From positions 1-10,257 of the IMG/VR virus record IMGVR_UViG_2547132272_000016: a stretch of 10,257 nucleotides of DNA, one strand, 5' to 3'. Positions 1 through 7,182 of this stretch are shown here, one piece after another; positions within the stretch are counted from its first letter, which is position 1, and each line of letters starts with the position of its first letter. The stretch comes from a virus (Duplodnaviria > Heunggongvirae > Uroviricota > Caudoviricetes). Below the pieces are notes generated by a model. It saw nothing but the letters and a program-made list of their open reading frames with translations. It had not been told where the DNA came from and did not search any database. The position numbers and the translations under genes were made by a program.

Positions 1-77
1 TAACTGCACGCCTCCCGTTCGCTCTTGACGGCGGCGGGCTTCAGATAGAAACTTATCCGTCTGGTTGGTGTCGTCAT
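1..77 (-). CDS. ParR-like centromere-binding protein, N-terminal fragment (gene runs off the window start)
   Basis: ATG at 77-75 on the - strand, 4 nt after the ParM stop, with an AAGGAG Shine-Dalgarno overlapping that stop. The 25 visible residues (MTTPTRRISFYLKPAAVKSEREACS) resemble the recalled N-terminus of plasmid R1 ParR (..KRRTIAFKLNP..). Gene order parC-parM-parR matches R1. Confidence 0.4.
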   Translation of the reverse strand, partial: MTTPTRRISFYLKPAAVKSEREACS

Positions 78-81
78 TGGT

Positions 82-1041
82 TTACTCCTTGTCCATTGCG
101 TACAGCCCATTAACCAGAGCAAACTGTGGCACCCCGTCCGCGATGAAAGTTGCATTAACTCCGCAGGCTTCGCGGATAGCGGGTGCCACAATCTCCGCTC
201 CTCCACCGACAACCATCACCCGCCCGTAACCCGAAAAACCCGCCAGCGCGCGGATCACGCGTTGTTTCAGTGTTTCTTCCTTTTCACGAATAACTGCCAT
301 CAGGCTGGCGTAATGCGCGTCATTGTGGATGTGCTGGCGCAGCCAGGCTTCATCATGGCGATGTTCGATAATGGTATTGGCGATGTGGTGACTGGTGCGC
401 ATACCGTTAGTGGCCATCACCGACAGTACGGCATCGGCCATCAGAGAAACGCCTACGTGTGGATCGCAAAACACCTGGCTGATACCTGCCAGTTGCCCCT
501 GAACCTTTGCCACATCCAGCGTGGTTCCGCCCAAATCCACAATCAGCAGGGATTCAAACGGACTCATGTCAGCCAGTGCCTTAAAGCCAGCCGGAATGGA
601 TTCAGGCATAACCCGCACGTTACGGATAGTGAATGCCTCGCCGTTCTGGTACTCCACCGGGCGCATAACGTTCGCTTTTTTGCGGCTGATGTTGGCCATG
701 TCCGGCTGTGCGTTTGTATCGAAATACTCGCTCAGTGGCAGGGTGACAACCACATCCACTTCCTGTGGCGTGATGCCTGATTTGACCAGCGCGTGATGAA
801 TGGCAATGACATTCACATCGCTGTACTGGTATTGCGTGTCGGTCGTCTGGATAAAGCGATCGCTGACCGGATCAAAACCATAGCGCACGCCATCAAGCAT
901 GTAGTTCGCGGGCTGCGTGCCACCGAACGGCGCAGACCATTCCGACTTGAAGCTGTTCGGGCTGATGGCGTTGCGGCGTTCGCCGTTCTCAGTCCATGCC
1001 AGCTTGATGTTGGTGGAGCCGTCGTCGATACAAATTTTCAT
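82..1041 (-). CDS. parM: Actin-like plasmid segregation ATPase ParM/StbA
   Basis: 319-aa ORF with ATG start and AAGGA Shine-Dalgarno 8 nt upstream. N-terminus MKICIDDGSTNIKLAW plus the blocks ISPNSFKSEW, YQYSDVNVIAIHHAL, VMPESIPAGF and DLGGTTLD match recalled R1 ParM/StbA motifs (actin-fold phosphate-1 DDGSTN and DxGGGT-type motifs). Confidence 0.88.
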   Translation of the reverse strand: MKICIDDGSTNIKLAWTENGERRNAISPNSFKSEWSAPFGGTQPANYMLDGVRYGFDPVSDRFIQTTDTQYQYSDVNVIAIHHALVKSGITPQEVDVVVTLPLSEYFDTNAQPDMANISRKKANVMRPVEYQNGEAFTIRNVRVMPESIPAGFKALADMSPFESLLIVDLGGTTLDVAKVQGQLAGISQVFCDPHVGVSLMADAVLSVMATNGMRTSHHIANTIIEHRHDEAWLRQHIHNDAHYASLMAVIREKEETLKQRVIRALAGFSGYGRVMVVGGGAEIVAPAIREACGVNATFIADGVPQFALVNGLYAMDKE

Positions 1042-1072
1042 GTCGCTTTTCCTTATGTTGATTAATTAACCG

Positions 1073-1184
1073 TTTACGGGATTTTTAAATCCCGCTTTCG
1101 CCTGTTTTGTGCGCACTTCATGTTTTATGGCGCGTTTTTTGCTCATTTACGGGATTTGTGAATCCCGTTTCTGTCTGTTTTTTG
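1073..1184. repeat. Two ~39-bp direct repeats 73 bp apart, each with an 18-bp palindrome (CGGGATTT-nn-AAATCCCG); candidate parC-like centromere/operator or replication-origin element
   Basis: Repeat 1 (1073-1111, palindrome 1077-1094) lies in the 76-bp gap between the A stop and the parM start, overlapping the likely parM promoter. Repeat 2 (1146-1184, palindrome 1150-1167) lies inside the last codons of gene A. About 80% identity between the copies. Confidence 0.45.
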
Positions 1185-3925
1185 TTTCCACTGGTCAGGC
1201 CACCCCGCAGCAGGTCTGCTTTGCGGTGGGCGCGTTCAGTGGTTTCACTGATTCTTTGTGCATGCTCTGCGTCACGGATGGCGCGCAGCATGTCAGAAAG
1301 CACGGTAACGGGTGTTTTCATGGTGTTCTGGTCTTGCTGAAGTGTGGATGCCAGGCGTGCGGCGGCTTCGGGGTCTGATGCCCCCAGCTGTTCCAGATAG
1401 CTGGCGACCGGGTTATGACGGATCTCCGTGCTGCTTACGCCGTGATTGCGGCTCAGGCGCTGCCAGAGCTGCGTGATTCGGCTGTCCGGGCGGGTATCCG
1501 GTTTGCGTACAATTTCAAATCCCTGCGGTGCAATGATGCTGCCGTCAACGTACAGGCTGCCGCCCCGTAACAGGTGCTGCATCTGCTGTTCACCGATATG
1601 CAGGCCGAGAGATTCGGCAGACTCCCGCCATTCTTTAGCGAGTAATTCGTGGTTATCAGGCAAAGGCCGCTGCTGTTTGCGGCTCTGTGTCCAGCTCTGC
1701 ATTTCATCACTGCTGTTTTTTGCCTGTTTGTCACGCAGCGAACGCATCAGCGCCCGGCGTTCGTGCCGTTTCAGTGAGCGCATCCATTCGTTCACTTCAA
1801 CGCCGTCAGGGAGCTGCGGCCACGGTGCTGGCCGTTCTTCCGGCTGTTCTGTCCCGTTGTTGTCCGTTTCCTGTACACGGGGACAGTTATTGCCACGAGT
1901 CCAAGGGGCGGCAGGGCCGCCCTGAAGGTCAAAACCATTTTCGCGGGCGCTGTCTTCCGCTTCCGGTTTGCGTCTTACCAGCTTCCAGTTATCCGGATGC
2001 GTGCATACGCGGGAAGACTCCCCAATGAGCGGCGACCAGATCCCGTAAATCTGTACGCTCTGTTCACCGTAATCGTTCAGCTCATCTGCGAGGTCGTAGG
2101 CGGTGCGAATCAGGTAGTCCTTGCGTGGAACAAGCACGCCACCCTGTTTTTCAATGTAGGTGGCAAAACACCCGGCATCGGCGGCAGCGAGTACCGCATC
2201 CATTGCATCATCTTTCAGCCGTTGCGGGCCTTCCGGATTGCGTGCCATCTGGCTGGCAAGGCGGCGCAGTTCACGCCACACCTGACGGGAGGGGATACCA
2301 AAGAACTGGAACTGACGGACCCGGTGAAGGCGCGCCCAGCCGATGGCGCGCTCCACGCTCTCGGCCATTGATTTTCCGGTTTCGTGGTCAACGCGTGGCT
2401 TGCCCGTTTTCGGGTCGATGCCATCCACGGCGCGGCTGTCCAGGTTCTTTCCGATGTAGGTAGCGATGTAGCTGGTTGGTGTGCCTTTTGAGCCGTCGAC
2501 ATACTCCGCCTTAAAGCGCGGAGTAATATCATTGCCCAGCTCGTGGCGGTCCTCCTGAATGGCAATATCGCAGACGTGGGACACGATGGTTTCAATCTCG
2601 TCCGGATGTGCAAAGACCATCATATGCCAGTGCACGGTGCCGTCATGGTGAGGCTCCACCGTGCGGATGCCATACCAGCGCAGGCCGTCGCGGTTCAGTT
2701 TTTTGCGGACCGCCGCAAAAAACGTGTTAACCAGGTAATCGCTGGAGTCGCGCATGGTGGCCCCGTTCCATTTGGGGTTCGGATGACCGTTCTCCGTTGT
2801 TGCGTGGTATTTTGACGGGCAGGTGACGGTCAGAAACACCGCTCTGTCGCCACGGGCTTCGGCCAGAAGTTCCAGTCCCTTCATGGTGGCCATCATTTCT
2901 GCCTTACGGTGAACCGGGTTACTTACTCCCGCGTAATACACCGTCTCGAGATCAATCGTGAACCCGTCTTCATTTTCCAGCATGAAACTTTTCAGGAAAT
3001 CGCGTGTTTTCTCGCGCTGTGCGCGAAACTCGCTTAACGCATCCTGGCTCAGATAGGGTGATGTTTTTCTGGAAACCAGACAGGCGGCGCGGAGTTGTTC
3101 TTCTCTCCACTCGCAACGTAACAGCCACAGTTTGCGTTTCCACCAGTCCGCACAGGTCAGGCGGAGGATTGCGCCCGGTAACAGTTCCGTATTCGGATCG
3201 CTCTTGTTCAGGGCTTCGTAATGTGGCGGCATGATGTGCAGGCATAATGCGATACGGGCTAGCATCCGGTAAGCCTTCAACATTACATCCATGGTCAGCT
3301 CGCCATCTCTGGCACCAAAGCCATCGCAGAGTGTTTCAAAGGTGCTGCTGAACATCGCCGCCGTCATGGTGGCCAGCGTCTGTATCTGGTGCTTGTTGAG
3401 CTGCGGCAGGTAAAGCAAATCGTCCAGGCGTTCTCGCCCGGCAAGGGAGCGATAACCCGGTGTCAGCCAGCGTCCGTCAGTGCGATCCAGACGTTCGAAT
3501 ATTTTGCGCAGGGTTCCGCGTGCATAGCGTTCCGCCTGCCAGCTCTTTTTGCCTTTCTGGCGATCGGCTTCCTGTTTTTTGCGCAGGAAGGAGAGGTGGC
3601 GAATAAGCGGATCGCGCAGATAGGATGGCAGCAGGCGCAGCGAGGCCATGGCTTCATCCACCGCGCCGCGTGCCTGTTTTCTGGCTTCTCTGGCCAGTGT
3701 GATGGTTTTGTCCTGTTTTTCCTGTGCGTCCAGGCTTTTATTAATCAGGTTGCCCAGCGGTGTGGCGGAGAACGCCGCATCAGCCATTTCCTGGCGGCGT
3801 TCGTTCTCTGCCCGGTAGGCATCCAGCCAGGAGGAAAGTGCGGATTCAGGTGCGGGGATCTCCGTTCCTTCACGTCCTACTGCGTGGCGCGGTTGTTGCC
3901 AGTCCCTGATGTACTCTGTCGTCAT
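1118..3925 (-). CDS. A: P2 gpA-family rolling-circle replication initiator (HUH endonuclease)
   Basis: 935-aa ORF with an HUH motif (VHWHMMVF) followed by a paired-tyrosine YxxxY motif (TSYIATYIGK), the arrangement recalled for P2 gpA and phiX174 gpA. Sits as the last large gene of the early operon, as in P2. An R/E/Q-rich C-terminal ~300 aa makes it longer than P2 gpA (761 aa). Confidence 0.85.
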   Translation of the reverse strand: MTTEYIRDWQQPRHAVGREGTEIPAPESALSSWLDAYRAENERRQEMADAAFSATPLGNLINKSLDAQEKQDKTITLAREARKQARGAVDEAMASLRLLPSYLRDPLIRHLSFLRKKQEADRQKGKKSWQAERYARGTLRKIFERLDRTDGRWLTPGYRSLAGRERLDDLLYLPQLNKHQIQTLATMTAAMFSSTFETLCDGFGARDGELTMDVMLKAYRMLARIALCLHIMPPHYEALNKSDPNTELLPGAILRLTCADWWKRKLWLLRCEWREEQLRAACLVSRKTSPYLSQDALSEFRAQREKTRDFLKSFMLENEDGFTIDLETVYYAGVSNPVHRKAEMMATMKGLELLAEARGDRAVFLTVTCPSKYHATTENGHPNPKWNGATMRDSSDYLVNTFFAAVRKKLNRDGLRWYGIRTVEPHHDGTVHWHMMVFAHPDEIETIVSHVCDIAIQEDRHELGNDITPRFKAEYVDGSKGTPTSYIATYIGKNLDSRAVDGIDPKTGKPRVDHETGKSMAESVERAIGWARLHRVRQFQFFGIPSRQVWRELRRLASQMARNPEGPQRLKDDAMDAVLAAADAGCFATYIEKQGGVLVPRKDYLIRTAYDLADELNDYGEQSVQIYGIWSPLIGESSRVCTHPDNWKLVRRKPEAEDSARENGFDLQGGPAAPWTRGNNCPRVQETDNNGTEQPEERPAPWPQLPDGVEVNEWMRSLKRHERRALMRSLRDKQAKNSSDEMQSWTQSRKQQRPLPDNHELLAKEWRESAESLGLHIGEQQMQHLLRGGSLYVDGSIIAPQGFEIVRKPDTRPDSRITQLWQRLSRNHGVSSTEIRHNPVASYLEQLGASDPEAAARLASTLQQDQNTMKTPVTVLSDMLRAIRDAEHAQRISETTERAHRKADLLRGGLTSGNKKQTETGFTNPVNEQKTRHKT

Positions 3926-3931
3926 ACTGAT

Positions 3932-4297
3932 TTACTTCGTCATGCCATTCAGAGTGTCACGGCAAACGGCAGCCAGCCGCTGAATCTCCAGCACAGTGTC
4001 TTCTGTGTCGGCATGGTGGTGTGTGATGCGGATACTGTCGGCAATCACATCGACGATCGCAGAGGATGGGCGCTGGTAAATGCCAATAACGGACGGGGTG
4101 CCGCCTTCAATGCGGTAAAGCCTGTAATTTCCCTCGTGGCTGTCAATCATGTAGCGACCATCAATAACAATCTTTCCGTCAGCGAGCTGCGGTACAGGCA
4201 GGGATTTCAGGTACATGTCATAACGGTCACGCACGCGAACGGCAAGATCACGCTCTGTGTTGAGCAGGTATTCAAGAAAGTCGTTGGCGAGAATCAT
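3932..4297 (-). CDS. Hypothetical early-operon protein (121 aa)
   Basis: C-terminal 121 codons of the 326-aa track ORF. Internal ATG at 4297 has an AAGAGGA Shine-Dalgarno 8 nt upstream and protein-like composition from there on; the stop lies 6 nt before the gene A start. The upstream 205 codons are S/T/P-rich and look non-coding. Confidence 0.55.
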   Translation of the reverse strand: MILANDFLEYLLNTERDLAVRVRDRYDMYLKSLPVPQLADGKIVIDGRYMIDSHEGNYRLYRIEGGTPSVIGIYQRPSSAIVDVIADSIRITHHHADTEDTVLEIQRLAAVCRDTLNGMTK

Positions 4298-4370
4298 TGC
4301 GGCAATCCTCTTTACTACAGATGTGCGAAGGCCTCCCGCCGCAAGGTGCAGGAAAGGCCCGGAACAGGAA

Positions 4371-4601
4371 TTAATGGAGTTTGTTTTGCTGCTGGATGAG
4401 ATCCTGAAGAGACAGGAGGTCTTCCGCCAGATAGCTGAATACAGCGGCGCAGTAGTCGGCTGAAATAGTGCTGTTGAGTCTGTGCAATGTGTTGGATTGC
4501 ATGATAAAGGCGATGTGTGCAGCGCGGGTGAGTCTGCGGTCGATTTCAGTCTGGATGTGACGACGCTCTGCGATAGCGCGGTGCTGTTTGCGGTTTGCCA
4601 T
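4371..4601 (-). CDS. Hypothetical small basic protein (76 aa)
   Basis: ATG with AAGAGG Shine-Dalgarno 8 nt upstream; charged N-terminus (MANRKQHRAIAERRH..). No family recognised. Confidence 0.55.
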   Translation of the reverse strand: MANRKQHRAIAERRHIQTEIDRRLTRAAHIAFIMQSNTLHRLNSTISADYCAAVFSYLAEDLLSLQDLIQQQNKLH

Positions 4602-4692
4602 GGTGTGGCCTCTTTGGTTGTAAGTTTTGAAAACTCACCATCCAGAGGTGGAAAACTCGGGGTGGTGAGACGTACAGGGTTTCCACAACCGG

Positions 4693-4716
4693 CAACCAAA
4701 GAACCCGGCCCGACCG
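4693..4716 (-). other. Stable hairpin with a UUCG tetraloop on the transcribed (-) strand, in a 322-bp non-coding gap
   Basis: Minus-strand RNA GGGGCCGAC-UUCG-GUCGGGCCGGG followed by UUCUUUGGUUG. Could be an attenuator, processing site or terminator. Confidence 0.3.
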
Positions 4717-4778
4717 AAGTCGGCCCCATACGCCCCACCATAATTCGTGTGCGAAAAAGACGTGGCGATACGGTACGC

Positions 4779-4801
4779 ACAAAAAAACCGCTGGCGCGGT
4801 T
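4779..4801 (-). terminator. Candidate rho-independent terminator or attenuator on the - strand
   Basis: Minus strand reads ACCGC-GCCA-GCGGT followed by TTTTTTTGTG, about 125 nt downstream of the 99-aa gene stop. The stem is short (4-5 bp), so this is weak. Confidence 0.3.
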
Positions 4802-4923
4802 GTGCGCTTTGGTTGTCAGCGGGGTGGAAATCCCGGCACCCGTTTTATGAGGTGCAGCGGAAATGTAACCTGACTGATTGCGGCATGGCAAGCGGTTTTT
4901 TTGTGTGTGCATGTTCTGGTTTC

Positions 4924-5223
4924 TTACTGGTTCAGAAAAAAATCAAAAACCTTGTCAATGCGTTGCAGCAGCTCTTGCTGTATTGCTTCCGGCGTTTCCG
5001 GTTCGCCTGGCACCTCCAATGTCGCGCAGAAATCAGCGATTTCATGATGGAGCGTCAGGCGAATGGCAGGAGCCGTGGTTCTGGCGTGCTCCAGCTCATC
5101 CAGCAATGCCAGCACAGCAGACGGCGAGAGCATTGCGCGAAATGCCAGTAATTTTTGAGGTGTTGCCATTCGTTGCAGGGCAAATGCCAGTTCGCGTAGC
5201 TTCTGGTGGTTGATGGTGCTCAT
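4924..5223 (-). CDS. Hypothetical protein (99 aa)
   Basis: ATG with GAAGGAAG Shine-Dalgarno; its start overlaps the upstream gene's stop in an ATGA. No family recognised. Confidence 0.6.
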   Translation of the reverse strand: MSTINHQKLRELAFALQRMATPQKLLAFRAMLSPSAVLALLDELEHARTTAPAIRLTLHHEIADFCATLEVPGEPETPEAIQQELLQRIDKVFDFFLNQ

Positions 5224-5486
5224 GTTCTGGCTTCCTTCAGTAGCTGGTTAAACATGTGAGTAAGTGGATTGCTACACCCGAACGGCATCGGGTTTACGTG
5301 GTAAGAAGCCTGGCCTCCAGTTTTGCGAGCGCGACCACCTGTGCTGCGGTTTGTTCTGATGACTAAGCCGCCGCGCCAAAGTTGGCGTAACTCAGCATTA
5401 ATGGCTGTGGTTGGAGTATTCAGTGCTGCGGCGATCTCTCCGCCGCTACACCCCGGATGAGTAGCGATGTAGTCCAGAATGGTCAT
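5220..5486 (-). CDS. Hypothetical small protein, possibly winged-helix DNA-binding (88 aa)
   Basis: ATG with AGGAG Shine-Dalgarno; ATGA overlap with the upstream gene. N-terminal MTILDYIATHPGCSGGEIAAALNTP...LRQLWRGGLVIR has the look of a winged HTH; this is inference only. Confidence 0.55.
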   Translation of the reverse strand: MTILDYIATHPGCSGGEIAAALNTPTTAINAELRQLWRGGLVIRTNRSTGGRARKTGGQASYHVNPMPFGCSNPLTHMFNQLLKEART

Positions 5487-5686
5487 CTGCGTGGCTCCTG
5501 TACTTGTCGGATAAGATTCACCCGCGCCACGTTGGTGGCGCAGAAATAAGTGCCGTCAGTGAGGTAGATGTGGTGCGCATCCTTTTCCGAACGATGTTTG
5601 TCGATAGTGGTAATCAGGCGTTCGTCGACCTCGTATTCACGTCTTCTGGAGGTGAAACGAACGACGGTAAATTGCTTAATTGCCAT
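5483..5686 (-). CDS. Hypothetical small protein (67 aa)
   Basis: ATG with GGGAG-type Shine-Dalgarno; overlaps the upstream gene's stop by 11 nt. Confidence 0.55.
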   Translation of the reverse strand: MAIKQFTVVRFTSRRREYEVDERLITTIDKHRSEKDAHHIYLTDGTYFCATNVARVNLIRQVQEPRR

Positions 5687-6002
5687 TACACTCCCTTGCT
5701 TTATGTCCGTGTTTGAGCTTTTCTATTTCTTCTTTTTGTTCTTTTAATATTCTTATGGCTGTAAAAACATTAAAGCCCATAAAATGTGCTCTGTTCGCTA
5801 GTGGAATGCTGGTACCTTTGTTAGCTATATCATCTTCAATATCAGTGAAATACTGACGTATTTCTTCTAGCGCGGCGCAGAGTTTTGTGAGATCTCGCCC
5901 TACATCATAATACGCAGTCCTTAGTATTTCTTGATTTGTCCTGAGCATGCTAACCTCATGTTTATATATGCGGATACCTCCGCGAGTGCGGATTGTTTTC
6001 AT
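5676..6002 (-). CDS. Hypothetical protein in an AT-rich segment (108 aa)
   Basis: ORF in a visibly lower-GC stretch (about 5700-6060) than the flanking genes; weak Shine-Dalgarno. Looks like an acquired insert within the operon. Confidence 0.45.
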   Translation of the reverse strand: MKTIRTRGGIRIYKHEVSMLRTNQEILRTAYYDVGRDLTKLCAALEEIRQYFTDIEDDIANKGTSIPLANRAHFMGFNVFTAIRILKEQKEEIEKLKHGHKARECNGN

Positions 6003-6037
6003 GTTTTCTTATTTAATCTGGTGTTTTGTTTGTGCAG

Positions 6038-6151
6038 TTATTCGTCAGAGAAAAAACGCTCAATCTTTTTCACTGAATGAATAATTCGCATAATGCCAAT
6101 GGTGCAGACCACCGAAATAATCAGAATAAGCCATGACATAAATATACTCAT
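6038..6151 (-). CDS. 37-aa hydrophobic single-pass membrane peptide, not in the supplied ORF track
   Basis: Minus-strand ATG at 6151 with GGGGAA Shine-Dalgarno 7 nt upstream, overlapping the upstream gene's stop in an ATGA. Translation: MSIFMSWLILIISVVCTIGIMRIIHSVKKIERFFSDE, a ~20-residue hydrophobic core then a basic tail. The track's 6060-6263 ORF is in a different frame. Confidence 0.45.
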   Translation of the reverse strand: MSIFMSWLILIISVVCTIGIMRIIHSVKKIERFFSDE

Positions 6152-6390
6152 GCGATATTCCCCAGTTTATATGGTTCAATGCGAACCCCGTATTCTGTGT
6201 CCCGGACAAGTTCGGAAAGCTCGTTAATCGCATCCAAATCGTCAGCGTAAAAGGCCACGTCATAAAGGCTTCTGATTGCCCTTGCTAATGAATCATAGGC
6301 CGCGTGTTCTGCCTGGACTCCTGATGTGTTTAAGCGAAAATGAAAACGCTCAAGTGCTTTATTGACGAGAGTCTTGTATTCCTGGTCCAT
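6148..6390 (-). CDS. Hypothetical acidic small protein (80 aa)
   Basis: ATG with AAGGG Shine-Dalgarno; tightly spaced with neighbouring genes. Confidence 0.55.
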   Translation of the reverse strand: MDQEYKTLVNKALERFHFRLNTSGVQAEHAAYDSLARAIRSLYDVAFYADDLDAINELSELVRDTEYGVRIEPYKLGNIA

Positions 6391-6401
6391 TGCAACGCCC
6401 T

Positions 6402-6680
6402 TTAATCTGCCTTATGGGTTTCAGCTTCTGAATCCATACAAATAATTTCGATATAGGGTTCATCGCCATTAACCTGACGTGCCTTTTCAGCTTCGCTAAT
6501 GATTTCTCGTACGGTCTGATACGGAAGCTCCACAGTCAGGCGCGTACCGTTCAGATAAACGTAAGTAGCTGCGTTTTTTTCGGATGGAACAACTCCGTCA
6601 ATGGCTGATGCGCGTAATAACAGTTCACCGCGAAAATCAATAAAACGGATAAATACACTTTGTGCATGGTCTTTGGTCAT
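6402..6680 (-). CDS. Hypothetical protein (92 aa)
   Basis: ATG with AGGTGA Shine-Dalgarno; 10-nt gap to the upstream gene. Confidence 0.55.
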   Translation of the reverse strand: MTKDHAQSVFIRFIDFRGELLLRASAIDGVVPSEKNAATYVYLNGTRLTVELPYQTVREIISEAEKARQVNGDEPYIEIICMDSEAETHKAD

Positions 6681-6690
6681 AAATCACCTG

Positions 6691-7041
6691 TTATAAATCA
6701 GCTTGTTTAATGAAATTCTGTCCGCGCAGCAGACGATCAACCGTGCGCAGAGCTTCGTACAACGTGAAATCCTGTCCAAACTGATTGTCGCCGTTGCTCA
6801 GAGCAAAAATGCGGTTTCCGGTAAATGGGTTGCGTTGGCATCTGTGAACCACGATTCCAGCTTTCTCAATTAGCCAGGTGTGTTCACCAATTTGTTTTAC
6901 GGGATGGCCATCAGGTGTGGCGTGTGTTTCGCTCAGGCTGTAGCGAGAGCTGCTGCGTGATGCACTGGTGGCGAAACGGTTAGCGTGGCGTTCCGCCCCG
7001 TTGCGGAAGCGTTGCTGTGAAGAATTTCGTTGTTGCTTCAT
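6691..7041 (-). CDS. Hypothetical protein (116 aa; start uncertain, alternative ATG at 7089)
   Basis: ATG at 7041 is preceded by AGGA; the ORF's first ATG at 7089 has no Shine-Dalgarno. Basic S/R-rich N-terminus then a globular-looking C-terminus. Confidence 0.5.
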   Translation of the reverse strand: MKQQRNSSQQRFRNGAERHANRFATSASRSSSRYSLSETHATPDGHPVKQIGEHTWLIEKAGIVVHRCQRNPFTGNRIFALSNGDNQFGQDFTLYEALRTVDRLLRGQNFIKQADL

Positions 7042-7085
7042 ACAAAAATATCCTGCTGCTGTTGCGAATTTGTGCCGGGTTTTAG

Positions 7086-7117
7086 CCATGCCCGGCGCAT
7101 GGTTTTGTGGTATTTTT
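7086..7117 (+). terminator. Candidate + strand hairpin with U-tract (terminator or attenuator) upstream of the + strand accessory gene
   Basis: CCATGC-CCGGC-GCATGG stem-loop (7086-7102) followed by TTTTGTGGTATTTTT. An overlapping alternative stem GCCGGG-N11-CCCGGC (7074-7096) could compete with it. Confidence 0.25.
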
Positions 7118-7182
7118 CCACCGCCCGCAGTCTTGAAGGGGCTGTAAAGGGCGCGTGTTTAACCAACCACAAAGGAGTTGTT

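Noticed and set aside
262-1065. + strand ORFs (172, 91 and 90 aa) antisense to parM
   Set aside because: Shadow ORFs inside a high-confidence ParM gene, with His/Cys-rich odd composition and no Shine-Dalgarno.
1107-3657. Multiple + strand and off-frame ORFs across the gene A region (for example 1446-1925, 2125-2463, 2215-2613)
   Set aside because: They lie antisense to or out of frame with the gpA ORF and have Arg/Cys/Ser-rich compositions typical of spurious frames in GC-rich coding DNA.
3932-4912. 326-aa - strand ORF in the six-frame track
   Set aside because: The N-terminal ~205 codons are S/T/P-rich with no protein-like character, and they overlap the better-supported 76-aa gene and the structured non-coding gap. 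Only the C-terminal 121 codons from ATG 4297, which has a Shine-Dalgarno, look real.
6060-6263. 67-aa - strand track ORF (MTWPFTLTIWMRL...)
   Set aside because: It overlaps the 3' end of the 80-aa gene in another frame and is W/H/Y-rich. The convincing small gene at this locus is the 37-aa peptide in a different frame, which has a Shine-Dalgarno and an ATGA coupling.
7030-7182. N-terminal extension of the + strand accessory ORF from a TTG at 7030
   Set aside because: The extension is Cys-rich and has no Shine-Dalgarno, whereas ATG 7183 has a near-consensus AAGGAG.
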